In this document: one piece after another, positions 10,071 through 19,490 of the stretch
How the letters are laid out: each line of letters starts with the position of its first letter
Numbering within the stretch: position 1 is the first letter of the stretch
From: an uncultured Leptospirales bacterium
GTDB taxonomy: Bacteria > Spirochaetota > UBA4802 > UBA5550
Direction: 5' to 3'
Assembly (NCBI GenBank): GCA_964529415.1
Contig: CAZGWD010000001.1
Coordinates: 186,611-250,610 of the forward strand
DNA: 64,000 bases
The notes under the pieces: model-generated
What the model was told of the DNA's origin: nothing
What the model saw: the letters and a program-made list of their open reading frames with translations, nothing else
The model's database searches: none
Program-made: the position numbers and the translations under genes

Positions 10071-11816
10071 ATGATTAAGACTAAAATAGTTTGCACACTC
10101 GGCCCTGCAACTGATAATATCGAAATTTTAAAAGAGTTAATTATTTCAGGAATGTCTGTTGCAAGGCTTAATTTTTCTCACGGTACTCATGAGGAGCATA
10201 AAAGCAGAATTAATCTTTTCAGGCAGGCAGTAAAAGAACTTGGAGTTCCAGTAGGTCTGCTGCTTGATATTAAAGGCCCTAAAATAAGGCTTAAAAAATT
10301 TGAAAAAGGTGAAGTAGAACTTAAAACAGGCAGCACTTTCAGCCTTACTATTGATGATGTTGTTGGAACGGAAAAAATAGCATCTGTTTCATATCTGGGT
10401 TTGCCTGCAGATGTTGAAAAAGGATCAAGAATATTAATTGCAGACGGGCTCGTTGAGTTAAAAGTAACATCGAAAACTGATAAAATTATTGAATGCATTG
10501 TTATAACAGGCGGCCCGATTGGTAATAATAAAGGAATAAATGTTCCAGGAGTTACAATCACGATTCCGTTTATCAGCGAAAGGGACAAACTGGATTTGAA
10601 GTTTGCTGTTGATAATGATATTGATTTTATTGCAGCATCTTTTGTCAGAAATCAGAACGATGTAAAAGATATTAAGAAATTTCTTGATGATTCCGGCGGA
10701 AGTTTTATTAAAGTAATCTCCAAGATAGAAAACAGAGATGGGGTTCGAAATATTGATGATATAGTTCATCTCAGCGATGGGATAATGGTTGCAAGAGGTG
10801 ATATGGGAGTGGAAATCCCTTTTGAGGAACTTCCTTCTATTCAAAAAAATATTATAAAAAAATGCGGTATAGCGGGTATACCTGCTATTACTGCAACTCA
10901 AATGCTAGATTCAATGATACGCAATCCAAGTCCTACCAGAGCGGAAATCACGGATGTGGCAAATGCAATATATGATGGAACAAGCGCACTCATGCTTTCA
11001 GGCGAAACTTCAGTCGGAAAATACCCGGTTGAAACTGTTAAGGTTATGGCAAAAATTGCCGCAAAAACAGAATCTGACATTGACTATGTGAAAAGATTCA
11101 GTAATTCACATATTACTGTTTCAAGAAATATTACTAATGCAATAAGCCAGGCAACTTGCGAAACAGCGCACACTCTTGGAGCAGCAGCGATTCTTTCTCT
11201 TACAAAATCAGGCCATACTGCCCGGATGGTATCAAAATACAGACCAGCCTGCCCTATAATTGCAATGACTGTTCTTCCGAAAGTATACAATCAGCTTTCA
11301 CTATCATGGGGAGTTTTTCCGGTTCTTACTGAAGAAAAATATACAACTGAAGAAATATTTGAGCAATCAATAATTAAAGCCGAAGAAACTGATCTGATTA
11401 AAAACGGTGATCTTGTTGTTATAACAGGCGGATTTCCTGCAGGAATAAGCGGAGCAACAAATACACTCAGAGTGCACATTGTAGGTGATGTATTGCTCGA
11501 AGGTAAAGGCTTAAATAAATTAACTTCATCCGGAACTATTTGCGTTATTCCGGAAGGCGACAATGATATATTGGATTTTAAAGCAGGGGATATTCTTGTT
11601 TTTTCAAAAACTACTGATATAATTCTTCACGCAATTAAAAATTCATCAGCTATTGTTACTGAGGAAGACAGTGAAAATTCCAAAGCAGTGATAGTGGGAC
11701 TTGCTCTTGATATACCTGTTATTTCCAACGCAATGAACGCTACAGGTATTTTAAAAGGGGGAACTGTTGTAACTGTAGATGCTTCAAAGGGGATAATTTC
11801 AACCGTGTTGAAATAA
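10071..11816 (+). CDS. pyk: pyruvate kinase with C-terminal PEP-utilising domain
   Basis: KIVCTLGPA...MSVARLNFSHG, MVARGDMGVEIP and the long-form (Bacillus-type) C-terminal extension. 581 aa. Confidence 0.9.
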   Translation: MIKTKIVCTLGPATDNIEILKELIISGMSVARLNFSHGTHEEHKSRINLFRQAVKELGVPVGLLLDIKGPKIRLKKFEKGEVELKTGSTFSLTIDDVVGTEKIASVSYLGLPADVEKGSRILIADGLVELKVTSKTDKIIECIVITGGPIGNNKGINVPGVTITIPFISERDKLDLKFAVDNDIDFIAASFVRNQNDVKDIKKFLDDSGGSFIKVISKIENRDGVRNIDDIVHLSDGIMVARGDMGVEIPFEELPSIQKNIIKKCGIAGIPAITATQMLDSMIRNPSPTRAEITDVANAIYDGTSALMLSGETSVGKYPVETVKVMAKIAAKTESDIDYVKRFSNSHITVSRNITNAISQATCETAHTLGAAAILSLTKSGHTARMVSKYRPACPIIAMTVLPKVYNQLSLSWGVFPVLTEEKYTTEEIFEQSIIKAEETDLIKNGDLVVITGGFPAGISGATNTLRVHIVGDVLLEGKGLNKLTSSGTICVIPEGDNDILDFKAGDILVFSKTTDIILHAIKNSSAIVTEEDSENSKAVIVGLALDIPVISNAMNATGILKGGTVVTVDASKGIISTVLK

Positions 11817-11823
11817 AAATAAT

Positions 11824-12483
11824 ATGAAATCAATTACTATCAGTATAATTACTGAAAGCGGTGAAGTTCTTCAGGACGTTAAGGCAAATATACCTGAAGC
11901 GGAAGTGCTGAGCTATAAATCATTTGAATCTGCAAAGAGCGATGATTCGCTATGTCTAATGGTTGACACAGATCTTTTTACTACTCCGGATTCAGCGCAA
12001 TTTTTCCTTTCAAAGTTAAGAAAGAAGATCCACGATGTACCGGTTCTCTTGATAATTAAAGTAAACAAGATCGAAGAAATAAAATTCGACTGGTTTTTTA
12101 ATGATTTTGTTGTTTATCCTTTCAGGAAGGGTGAACTTCAAGCCAGATTAAAAAAACTGGCAGGAAACAGGCAATCAGATAATGATGCAATTTCAATAGG
12201 AAATTTAAAAATAAATCTTAAAGAATACACTGTATATTTTAATGAAGAAAAACTTGAACTGACATATAAGGAATTTGAATTGTTAAGACTTTTTTTTGAA
12301 AACAGGGGTGTTGTATTTTCAAGAAAGGATCTGCTCAGCAGAATATGGGGTCTTGAGTATATTGGAGGAACAAGGACGGTTGATGTTCATATCAGGCGGC
12401 TCCGGGGTAAGCTCGGGGATGAATTCAATTCGGTTATTGAAACAGTCCGTAATGTAGGATATAGATGCAAAGATGATATATAG
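11824..12483 (+). CDS. OmpR/PhoB-family winged-helix transcriptional regulator with atypical (degenerate) receiver domain
   Basis: The C-terminal LTYKEFELLRLFFENRGVVFSRKDLLSRIWG...TRTVDVHIRRLRGKL is a trans_reg_C domain. The N-terminal receiver lacks the acidic pair and has Y in place of the conserved K. Confidence 0.6.
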   Translation: MKSITISIITESGEVLQDVKANIPEAEVLSYKSFESAKSDDSLCLMVDTDLFTTPDSAQFFLSKLRKKIHDVPVLLIIKVNKIEEIKFDWFFNDFVVYPFRKGELQARLKKLAGNRQSDNDAISIGNLKINLKEYTVYFNEEKLELTYKEFELLRLFFENRGVVFSRKDLLSRIWGLEYIGGTRTVDVHIRRLRGKLGDEFNSVIETVRNVGYRCKDDI

Positions 12484-12568
12484 AAAAATACTTGCCATAT
12501 ATTTAATCCGTTGTTAGGTTTGCACTGTCAATTTAAATATAGGAAAATTGTTTCACAGAGGATTTCAA

Positions 12569-13051
12569 ATGAGTCAGGGAAAAAAAGTAGAGAAAATTAT
12601 TCAGATTGCGCAAACAGAATATTTAGGCGATTACGAAAAACTTCTTAAGGAAATGAGAAAGCAACTTCCATTATTTGGCGGAACAAAAAGACTCGCAGCA
12701 GCCTTGCTGAAAGAATACGTGGGTGATATTTCAAAACTTAACCTGGAAAAAGTATTTGAGAAAAAAGTATCAGGTAAGATTGTTTTTGAAGATATTAAAG
12801 ATGGAAGAGCCAGACTTTTTATCAATGTAGGAAAAAATCACAGAATTTCAACCGGGGATTTAATCAGAGAAATTGTAAAAAAATCCGGAATAGACGGAAA
12901 ACAGATAGGTAAAATAGATATTCATGCAACTTATTCTTTTTTTGAAGTTTCAGAGCAATATGCTGAAATTGTTTACCATTCATTCGATGGAGCAAAATTA
13001 AAGGGTTTAAATGTGGTAGTGGAACCAGCAAAAAAGAAAAAAGTGGAATGA
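12569..13051 (+). CDS. stand-alone DbpA/YxiN-type RNA-binding domain protein
   Basis: RLFINVGKNHRISTGDLIREIVKKSGIDGKQIGKIDIHATYSFFEV matches the C-terminal RNA-binding domain of DEAD-box helicase DbpA. SD AGAGGA precedes the ATG at 12569, whereas the track starts at 12548. Confidence 0.5.
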   Translation: MSQGKKVEKIIQIAQTEYLGDYEKLLKEMRKQLPLFGGTKRLAAALLKEYVGDISKLNLEKVFEKKVSGKIVFEDIKDGRARLFINVGKNHRISTGDLIREIVKKSGIDGKQIGKIDIHATYSFFEVSEQYAEIVYHSFDGAKLKGLNVVVEPAKKKKVE

Positions 13052-13055
13052 TAAA

Positions 13056-13865
13056 ATGACAAGTAATCTCTGCCCGCTTTGCGGATCGGAGAGAAAAATT
13101 CTCTTAAGCAGCGGTTTATACAAATGTAGAAATTGCGGTTGCGGATTTAATACAAAACACAAACTCCTCGACTACACAGATTCATACTTTACTTCTGATT
13201 ATAAAAATCAATATGGCAAAACCTACGAAGAGGATTTTGATAATATATATTCAATATCAAAAAATCGCATTGAGCAGATAAAAAAAATCTCAACCGGTGA
13301 AAATAATTCTATTCTTGATATTGGTTCTGCATTAGGATTTTTTTTAAAATGTGCGTCTGATGAAGGCTATAAAAGAACTCTTGGAATTGAAATCTCACCT
13401 TTTGCCTCTAAATATTGTATTACAAAATTCGGAATAGAAACAATATCAAATTCTTTCAGTAATATTGAAATTTCAGAAAAGTTTGATGTAGTAACCTCAT
13501 GGTATTTTATAGAACACAATTATGACACTGTGCAAACACTGCATAAAATATTTTCTTTTCTTGAAAATGGTGGAATATTTGCAATAACTGTGCCATCTAT
13601 TTTCGGCCCATTATATTATTTTAACCGGAATGAGTGGATTAAAACACATCCTGAAGATCACAGAGTTGATTTTTCACCAGCATCAGTAAAGAAGATTCTT
13701 AAAAGAATTGGATTTAAAAAGATTAAAATTAAATCTGCCGGATTTCACCCTGAAAGAGTTTTTAACAGTAAATCATTTTTATTTCCGATTATGAAAAATA
13801 TTTATATTGCATTTTCAAAAATACTTAATTTTTCTGATACAATTGAAGTATATGCTATTAAATAG
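13056..13865 (+). CDS. class I SAM-dependent methyltransferase with N-terminal zinc ribbon
   Basis: CPLCGS...CRNCGC ribbon followed by the LDIGSALGFF SAM-binding motif I. Confidence 0.65.
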   Translation: MTSNLCPLCGSERKILLSSGLYKCRNCGCGFNTKHKLLDYTDSYFTSDYKNQYGKTYEEDFDNIYSISKNRIEQIKKISTGENNSILDIGSALGFFLKCASDEGYKRTLGIEISPFASKYCITKFGIETISNSFSNIEISEKFDVVTSWYFIEHNYDTVQTLHKIFSFLENGGIFAITVPSIFGPLYYFNRNEWIKTHPEDHRVDFSPASVKKILKRIGFKKIKIKSAGFHPERVFNSKSFLFPIMKNIYIAFSKILNFSDTIEVYAIK

Positions 13866-13955
13866 CCTGATTATATTAAATTTTTATTTATTCTTTACAT
13901 TTTTATAATAGTAATTATTATGTCTCTTTGATATTTTTAAAATATGGAGAATTCT

Positions 13956-14117
13956 ATGAACGTTATGACCGTAGATCAGTGTAAAAAATGTGAATTTCAT
14001 ATTGACCACAGAGCAGATTCGGTTTTATGCAAATACAATTATGAAATTGAGCATAGAGTTTTAAACGGCGATAATATTGTCGGATGTCCGCTTATGGATA
14101 AAAAGAAGAAAAGGTAA
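13956..14117 (+). CDS. small Cys-rich hypothetical protein (53 aa), not in ORF track
   Basis: SD-like GGAGA precedes the ATG. Translation is MNVMTVDQCKKCEFHIDHRADSVLCKYNYEIEHRVLNGDNIVGCPLMDKKKKR, a 4-Cys (CxxC...C...C) arrangement. The stop lies 3 nt before dsbD. Confidence 0.25.
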   Translation: MNVMTVDQCKKCEFHIDHRADSVLCKYNYEIEHRVLNGDNIVGCPLMDKKKKR

Positions 14118-14120
14118 TTG

Positions 14121-15962
14121 ATGTTCAGAGCTGTAAGTATTTTTTTTCTATTATTGTCAATTTCATTTGTTTCCGGTTGCACCGGGAAAAAATATAATGA
14201 ATATAAAGTATATCCAATTCCACAATTAATGGAAATTGAACCTGGAAAAGAATCATTCCTGACTTTACAAATAGAAATTCCTTCAGGAAGCCATATCTAT
14301 GGAAATCCCAAAGGCCCCGGTATCGGCAAAGCTACAGAAGTTCTTACCAATTCAACAGAAGAAATAATTTTCAGTAATGCAAGATATCTGAAGCCGGTGA
14401 AATTTTATACTCCTGGGAAAAAGGAATTTACCTGGGGATATTCAAATGAAACAAAAATATTTATTCCGATAAAAGCCGATATAAAAGCTTCATCCGGTGA
14501 TTTTAAAAAGCATAGTTTGAAATTAGATGCACTTCTTTGTACCGATTCTTCATGTATTCCTAAAATTATTAAATTGGATTATTTAATAAAAATTAATAAA
14601 CAGGGTGAAAAAGGAACTGTTATTTCGGATGATTTAAAGAAGCTTTATGAAAAATCCTCAGAGCCCTCAATAAAAACAAATACAACTGATAATCAATCAA
14701 CTGAAAATAGTGATATTTCAAAAAAATTTTATGGAGATAATTTTAAACCAGAATTTACAAGTTCAAATGTAACAGGACTTATGCAGGCAATACTATTTGG
14801 ATTATTAGCAGGGCTTATTTTGAATTTTATGCCATGCGTTCTTCCGGTAGTCAGTCTAAAGATACTGGGCTTTGTTCAAAGTGCTGGAAAAAGCAGAAAA
14901 GATTTAATTTTACTTGGGCTGCTTTTTTCTGGAGGCATTATTACCAGTTTTACAGTTCTTGCTGCACTTGCAGCTTTTTTCGGTTATAACTGGGGAGGAC
15001 TGTTTCAGCACAAAATGTTTCTTATAGTAATGACTTTAATAGTTTTTGCTATGGCTCTTTCGATGTTCGGAGTTTTTACAATAAATACACCGAATTTTGC
15101 AGGTAATCTTTCAAAAAAACAAAGCAATCAGTTTATTGATGCATATGTAAAAGGACTTTTTGCAACGCTTCTTGCAACGCCCTGCAGCGGCCCTTTTCTT
15201 GGAGGAACTCTTTCATGGGCTTTTTCTCAACCCCCGGTAATTATATTTATTATTTTTATAAGCGTTGGTATTGGAATGTCAATTCCTTATCTTGCTCTTA
15301 CAATGAATCCTAAGCTTATCAAATTTATACCTAAACCAGGAAATTGGCTTATAGTTTTTGAAATTTCAATGGGTTTTCTTTTGATATTCACTGTGGTTTA
15401 TCTTCTATCGATTTTTGATAATGAGTCTGTTTTGCCGATGATTTTGTTTATGGCAGTGTCAGCATTGGGTTTATGGCAATATGGAAAATTCGGTTCTGTG
15501 ATTAATATCAGGAAAAAAAGAATTGTTTCTCTATTTCTTTTAATTTTAATTATTTCTGGCGGATATTTACTTTCGTTCGAATATATTTTTAAGATAGAAA
15601 ATGTTGAAATCAAAAAAAATGAATTTTCAGTTGAAAAATTATACAGCAATAAAAATAAAAAAATAACTGTTGTGAAATGGACAGCGGACTGGTGTCCTAA
15701 CTGTTCACTTGTAGAGAAATTATCTCTAAATACAAACAGTGTCAGCAAAATTTTATATGATAATAATATTGAAATTTTAACTGCAGATATAACCCGGAAA
15801 AGTCCTGAAGCGGAAAAACTTCTGGAGCTGCTTGGAAACAGATCTATTCCATTTCTTGCTGTATTTCCGAAAGGAAATGCTTTTTATTCCCCAATTTGTC
15901 TGAGAGATGTGTACAGCGAAAAAGATGTTATAAATGCAATCAATAAAGCTCTTAAACGCTGA
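14121..15962 (+). CDS. dsbD: thiol:disulfide interchange protein DsbD (three-domain)
   Basis: N-terminal domain with CTDSSC. DsbD/CcdA membrane core (NFMPCVLPV, ATPCSGP). C-terminal thioredoxin WCPNC. Confidence 0.8.
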   Translation: MFRAVSIFFLLLSISFVSGCTGKKYNEYKVYPIPQLMEIEPGKESFLTLQIEIPSGSHIYGNPKGPGIGKATEVLTNSTEEIIFSNARYLKPVKFYTPGKKEFTWGYSNETKIFIPIKADIKASSGDFKKHSLKLDALLCTDSSCIPKIIKLDYLIKINKQGEKGTVISDDLKKLYEKSSEPSIKTNTTDNQSTENSDISKKFYGDNFKPEFTSSNVTGLMQAILFGLLAGLILNFMPCVLPVVSLKILGFVQSAGKSRKDLILLGLLFSGGIITSFTVLAALAAFFGYNWGGLFQHKMFLIVMTLIVFAMALSMFGVFTINTPNFAGNLSKKQSNQFIDAYVKGLFATLLATPCSGPFLGGTLSWAFSQPPVIIFIIFISVGIGMSIPYLALTMNPKLIKFIPKPGNWLIVFEISMGFLLIFTVVYLLSIFDNESVLPMILFMAVSALGLWQYGKFGSVINIRKKRIVSLFLLILIISGGYLLSFEYIFKIENVEIKKNEFSVEKLYSNKNKKITVVKWTADWCPNCSLVEKLSLNTNSVSKILYDNNIEILTADITRKSPEAEKLLELLGNRSIPFLAVFPKGNAFYSPICLRDVYSEKDVINAINKALKR

Positions 15963-15974
15963 TTAAAAATTTTA

Positions 15975-16541
15975 TTATAATTTACTGAATATCCGGTCTA
16001 CACAGACTTTCGCTGCTGTTGAATAATTGTTTCTTCCGAGAATATTTCCATGGCTTAAAACAATCTCTTCAAAAATTTCATTATTTTTATAAGCAGTCAG
16101 TTTTACATCAGTACGATTCATTCTTCCGCATAATCCGGTTTTCCCAATACGGCAGTTTGAAATAATTATTTTGATATTTTTTTCATTGGTATTTGTTTCA
16201 GTTAATCTTTCTTTTGATTTATTTATCAGTGATGCAAAAAATTTTTTTATATATCCGTCATTTTTATAAAATGATAATGGCATATCTGACATTGCCCCTG
16301 AATAAAGAACTTCCAGTTCTGTATTTCTGATCTTAATTTTTTTTATTTCATCCGGAATAATCTCACCTTCAGGCGTTTTCCCGTCCATATTGATAATGGT
16401 TTTATTTCCCTTTGAATCGGTTTGTGTTATTGAACCGTCTTTGTTATATGATATAGATGAAGCGTAAATAATATACGCAGAAGATAGCATTGCACACAGG
16501 ATAATTAAAATAAGCTTTTTTTTCATATTTACCGTTATCAT
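15975..16541 (-). CDS. hypothetical exported/lipoprotein
   Basis: 188 aa with a signal peptide. No conserved motifs recognised. Confidence 0.4.
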   Translation of the reverse strand: MITVNMKKKLILIILCAMLSSAYIIYASSISYNKDGSITQTDSKGNKTIINMDGKTPEGEIIPDEIKKIKIRNTELEVLYSGAMSDMPLSFYKNDGYIKKFFASLINKSKERLTETNTNEKNIKIIISNCRIGKTGLCGRMNRTDVKLTAYKNNEIFEEIVLSHGNILGRNNYSTAAKVCVDRIFSKL

Positions 16542-16586
16542 TGTTTTTCTTTAATTATCGATTAAATGATTGATTTAAATTAGAAA

Positions 16587-17831
16587 TTATTCAAAAGCTC
16601 TATGCCCGATATCTCTTCTATAAAACGCTTTATCAAATTTTATTTTTTCTATCTGCGAGTAAACCTTGTCTTTTGCAATTTCGAGTGTATTGCCAACAGC
16701 AGTTAGATTCAGCACCCTGCCTCCAGCAGTAACAATTTTTCCATTATTTTTTTCAGTTCCTGCATGGAAAACAATTACATCTCTGGAAACATCCTCAAGA
16801 CCTCTAATTTCAATATTTTTTTTATATTCACCGGGATATCCGCCTGATGACATTACAACAGATATTGCATGCTCTTTTTTAAAGGCAATTTTCTGTTTGG
16901 AGAGTCCGCCGGAAATTGATGCATTTATCAGATCGCCAAGTTTGACATCAAGAAGCGGCAGAATTACCTGGGTTTCCGGATCGCCGAAACGGGCATTAAA
17001 TTCAAGAACCCAGAGTCTGTTTTTCGATATCATAAGACCGGCATAAAGAATTCCCTTGAATGGAATTCCTTCATTTTTCATACCGTCAATTGCAGGCTGA
17101 AGAACATTTTTTTTAATCTGTTTAAGCATCTCATCTGTTACAATTTGCGCTGGAGCATAAGCGCCCATTCCGCCAGTATTCGGGCCTTTATCGCCTTCGT
17201 ATATCCGTTTATGGTCCTGGGCTGGTATAAACGGCAGAATATCATTTCCATCAGATATGCCAAGAATTGAAGCTTCCACGCCATCTATAAATTCCTCTAC
17301 AAAAATTTTCATATCTTCAACAACATTCTGATTTATAAATTCAACTGCTTCAGCTTTTGTTTCCGGAATAGAAACACCTTTTCCTGCTGCAAGGCCGTCA
17401 AGCTTGATTACAATCGGATATTCTTTAACTGATTCAATATATTTTAGGATTGATTCCTTACCAATAAAATCACGGTGAGAAGCTGTTGGAATATTATATT
17501 TCTCCATTATATGTTTTGCAAAAAGTTTGCTTCCTTCAATCATTGATGCTGATGCGCTTGGTCCGAAGGCTGGAATTTTTTTTGAATCTAAAAAATCAAC
17601 AATTCCTGCAGCCAGAGGAATTTCAGGTCCAACAACTACACAATCTATTTTTTTTAATAAGCAGGCTTCTTCAACAGCTTTAAAATCATCCACTTTAATA
17701 TTTATTCTGAATTTATCATCTATGCCGCCATTTCCCGGTGCTACATAAACTTCATGTGCGCTTCCGTCATTCATAAGCCTCCAGGCAATTGCGTGCTCTC
17801 TTCCGCCAGAACCTATTACAAGATATTTCAT
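16587..17831 (-). CDS. purD: phosphoribosylamine--glycine ligase
   Basis: MKYLVIGSGGREHAIAWRL N-terminus, ATP-grasp core. 414 aa. Confidence 0.9.
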   Translation of the reverse strand: MKYLVIGSGGREHAIAWRLMNDGSAHEVYVAPGNGGIDDKFRINIKVDDFKAVEEACLLKKIDCVVVGPEIPLAAGIVDFLDSKKIPAFGPSASASMIEGSKLFAKHIMEKYNIPTASHRDFIGKESILKYIESVKEYPIVIKLDGLAAGKGVSIPETKAEAVEFINQNVVEDMKIFVEEFIDGVEASILGISDGNDILPFIPAQDHKRIYEGDKGPNTGGMGAYAPAQIVTDEMLKQIKKNVLQPAIDGMKNEGIPFKGILYAGLMISKNRLWVLEFNARFGDPETQVILPLLDVKLGDLINASISGGLSKQKIAFKKEHAISVVMSSGGYPGEYKKNIEIRGLEDVSRDVIVFHAGTEKNNGKIVTAGGRVLNLTAVGNTLEIAKDKVYSQIEKIKFDKAFYRRDIGHRAFE

Positions 17832-18044
17832 TTGGCCTCCAGAATTTTTTTAAGTATTATAGCTGGTATATTTGATTAAAAGGAAAAGAATAAGGCAATG
17901 ATAAATTTTTTGCATGAGTATCAATTGGTCAATAATTTTATTATCAATAAAAAGAGATAATAATTCATTGATTAGTATTGATATATATGTTATATTTAAT
18001 AATTACAATAATGTTTTATTATTATTGTATTAAAGGAGAATATC

Positions 18045-18584
18045 ATGAAAAAAATATCAATTATTATAATTTTAGTTTTGTTAGGATTCGTAGCCTGTTC
18101 TGTTCCTGCCATTATTGAAAATAAAGGTAAAAATTATGAAATAATTAAATGGGAAGGCGGGAATTTTTATTATATAACATATCATTGGAAAGGTGGAAAA
18201 TTTGATGATGCTGTTGATTTAATCAAAAAATGGATAGATTTGTCTAAAAATCGTAACATCGGGGAATATTCAATAGGAAGATTTCCGACAAATAATGAAT
18301 GGCAGCTTGGAATTATTTCTGCTAAAGGGCTGGAAATATCTGAATTTGAAGGTTTAAAAATAGAAAAAATCACTGTTTCAACCGGTGATTATGCTTCATT
18401 GAAAGCAAAAGGATATCCTGAAAATATTTTTTATCACTGGGAAAGTTTTAAAAAATTACTGATAAAAGATAGATATGAAGTAATGAGTCCGGTTTTTGAA
18501 ATATATAAAACAGCTTTTGATATGAAAATTCCAGTTAAAGAAAGAATCGGTGAATTAAGATATCAGATAAAACCAGTTAAATAA
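18045..18584 (+). CDS. hypothetical lipoprotein (possible GyrI-like fold)
   Basis: Strong SD AAGGAG. Signal peptide plus Cys (LGFVACS). 179 aa. Confidence 0.4.
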   Translation: MKKISIIIILVLLGFVACSVPAIIENKGKNYEIIKWEGGNFYYITYHWKGGKFDDAVDLIKKWIDLSKNRNIGEYSIGRFPTNNEWQLGIISAKGLEISEFEGLKIEKITVSTGDYASLKAKGYPENIFYHWESFKKLLIKDRYEVMSPVFEIYKTAFDMKIPVKERIGELRYQIKPVK

Positions 18585-18619
18585 TTGACATTAATCCAGT
18601 TCATGTTTAATATAATTAT

Positions 18620-19405
18620 ATGAGTGCATATAAAAAAATAATTACCGGATTATCTGCAATAGTATTTTTATTAACAATTTCCGCAAGTGCAGTAGCTCAA
18701 TCAAAATTTACTGATCTGGACAAAGATCCTATAGGCGCTCATAAAGGCCAGATGCTGCTCGGTGCATTTTTTTCAATGGGCGGCATCATCGGGGATACAA
18801 TAACTGCTGAGAACCAGTTTATTGACAATTCGGTCTATACTTTCAGCTCATCCGGAATTTCAAAACTGGTTTGGCTCTCGGATATTGCTTTTTCAGCAGG
18901 TGTTATTTTTGAATATATGCCGATTGATCATCTTGGAATAAAAGCAAAATTAAAAGGCACACTAAATATTCAACGGACACTATTCGGTCCTAATTATCAA
19001 AACTGGAGCCAGATTGCATACAGGGATATTTCAATTTATGCCGGGTTATCTGCTCATGTAACAAATAGAAAATCCTGGGATATAACTTTTACACCATATT
19101 TCGGGTATTCATTTGGAGGATTAACGCCTGCAACTGTTGCTTATGCATTAAATAAAACTTCATATTCAACTGAAGTTTATGCAGGCGGTTATTCAATGGG
19201 AGGGGAAGCTAATTTTACAGCATATTTTGCAGGAGGACTTTTTGTCACTGTTGGATTTGACTGGACAATGAATGTTATCTCTCTTGCTGCACCTTTAAGT
19301 TTTACCAATTCACAAACCGGTGCTGCATTTGCACCTGAAAAAAAAGATTTTATAAATCACTCCTTAAGTTTCATTCTTTCTGCAGGCTATGCTTTTTCAA
19401 ATTAA
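18620..19405 (+). CDS. putative outer-membrane beta-barrel protein
   Basis: Signal peptide, alternating amphipathic beta-strands rich in G/Y/S/T/F, C-terminal aromatic-rich strand. Confidence 0.4.
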   Translation: MSAYKKIITGLSAIVFLLTISASAVAQSKFTDLDKDPIGAHKGQMLLGAFFSMGGIIGDTITAENQFIDNSVYTFSSSGISKLVWLSDIAFSAGVIFEYMPIDHLGIKAKLKGTLNIQRTLFGPNYQNWSQIAYRDISIYAGLSAHVTNRKSWDITFTPYFGYSFGGLTPATVAYALNKTSYSTEVYAGGYSMGGEANFTAYFAGGLFVTVGFDWTMNVISLAAPLSFTNSQTGAAFAPEKKDFINHSLSFILSAGYAFSN

Positions 19406-19415
19406 ATGAACTCGC

Positions 19416-19436
19416 TGTCAAATTTTATGGTTGACA
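19416..19436. promoter_or_regulatory. inverted repeat TGTCAA-N9-TTGACA upstream of the helicase gene; candidate operator or promoter element
   Basis: Perfect 6-bp arms (ctgTGTCAAattttatggTTGACAaa) 55 nt upstream of the start at 19491. The right arm equals the sigma70 -35 consensus. Confidence 0.35.
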
Positions 19437-19490
19437 AAAGAATCATTATTATTACTTTTTGCCAACAAATCCAACCGGCGGGCTTAATTA

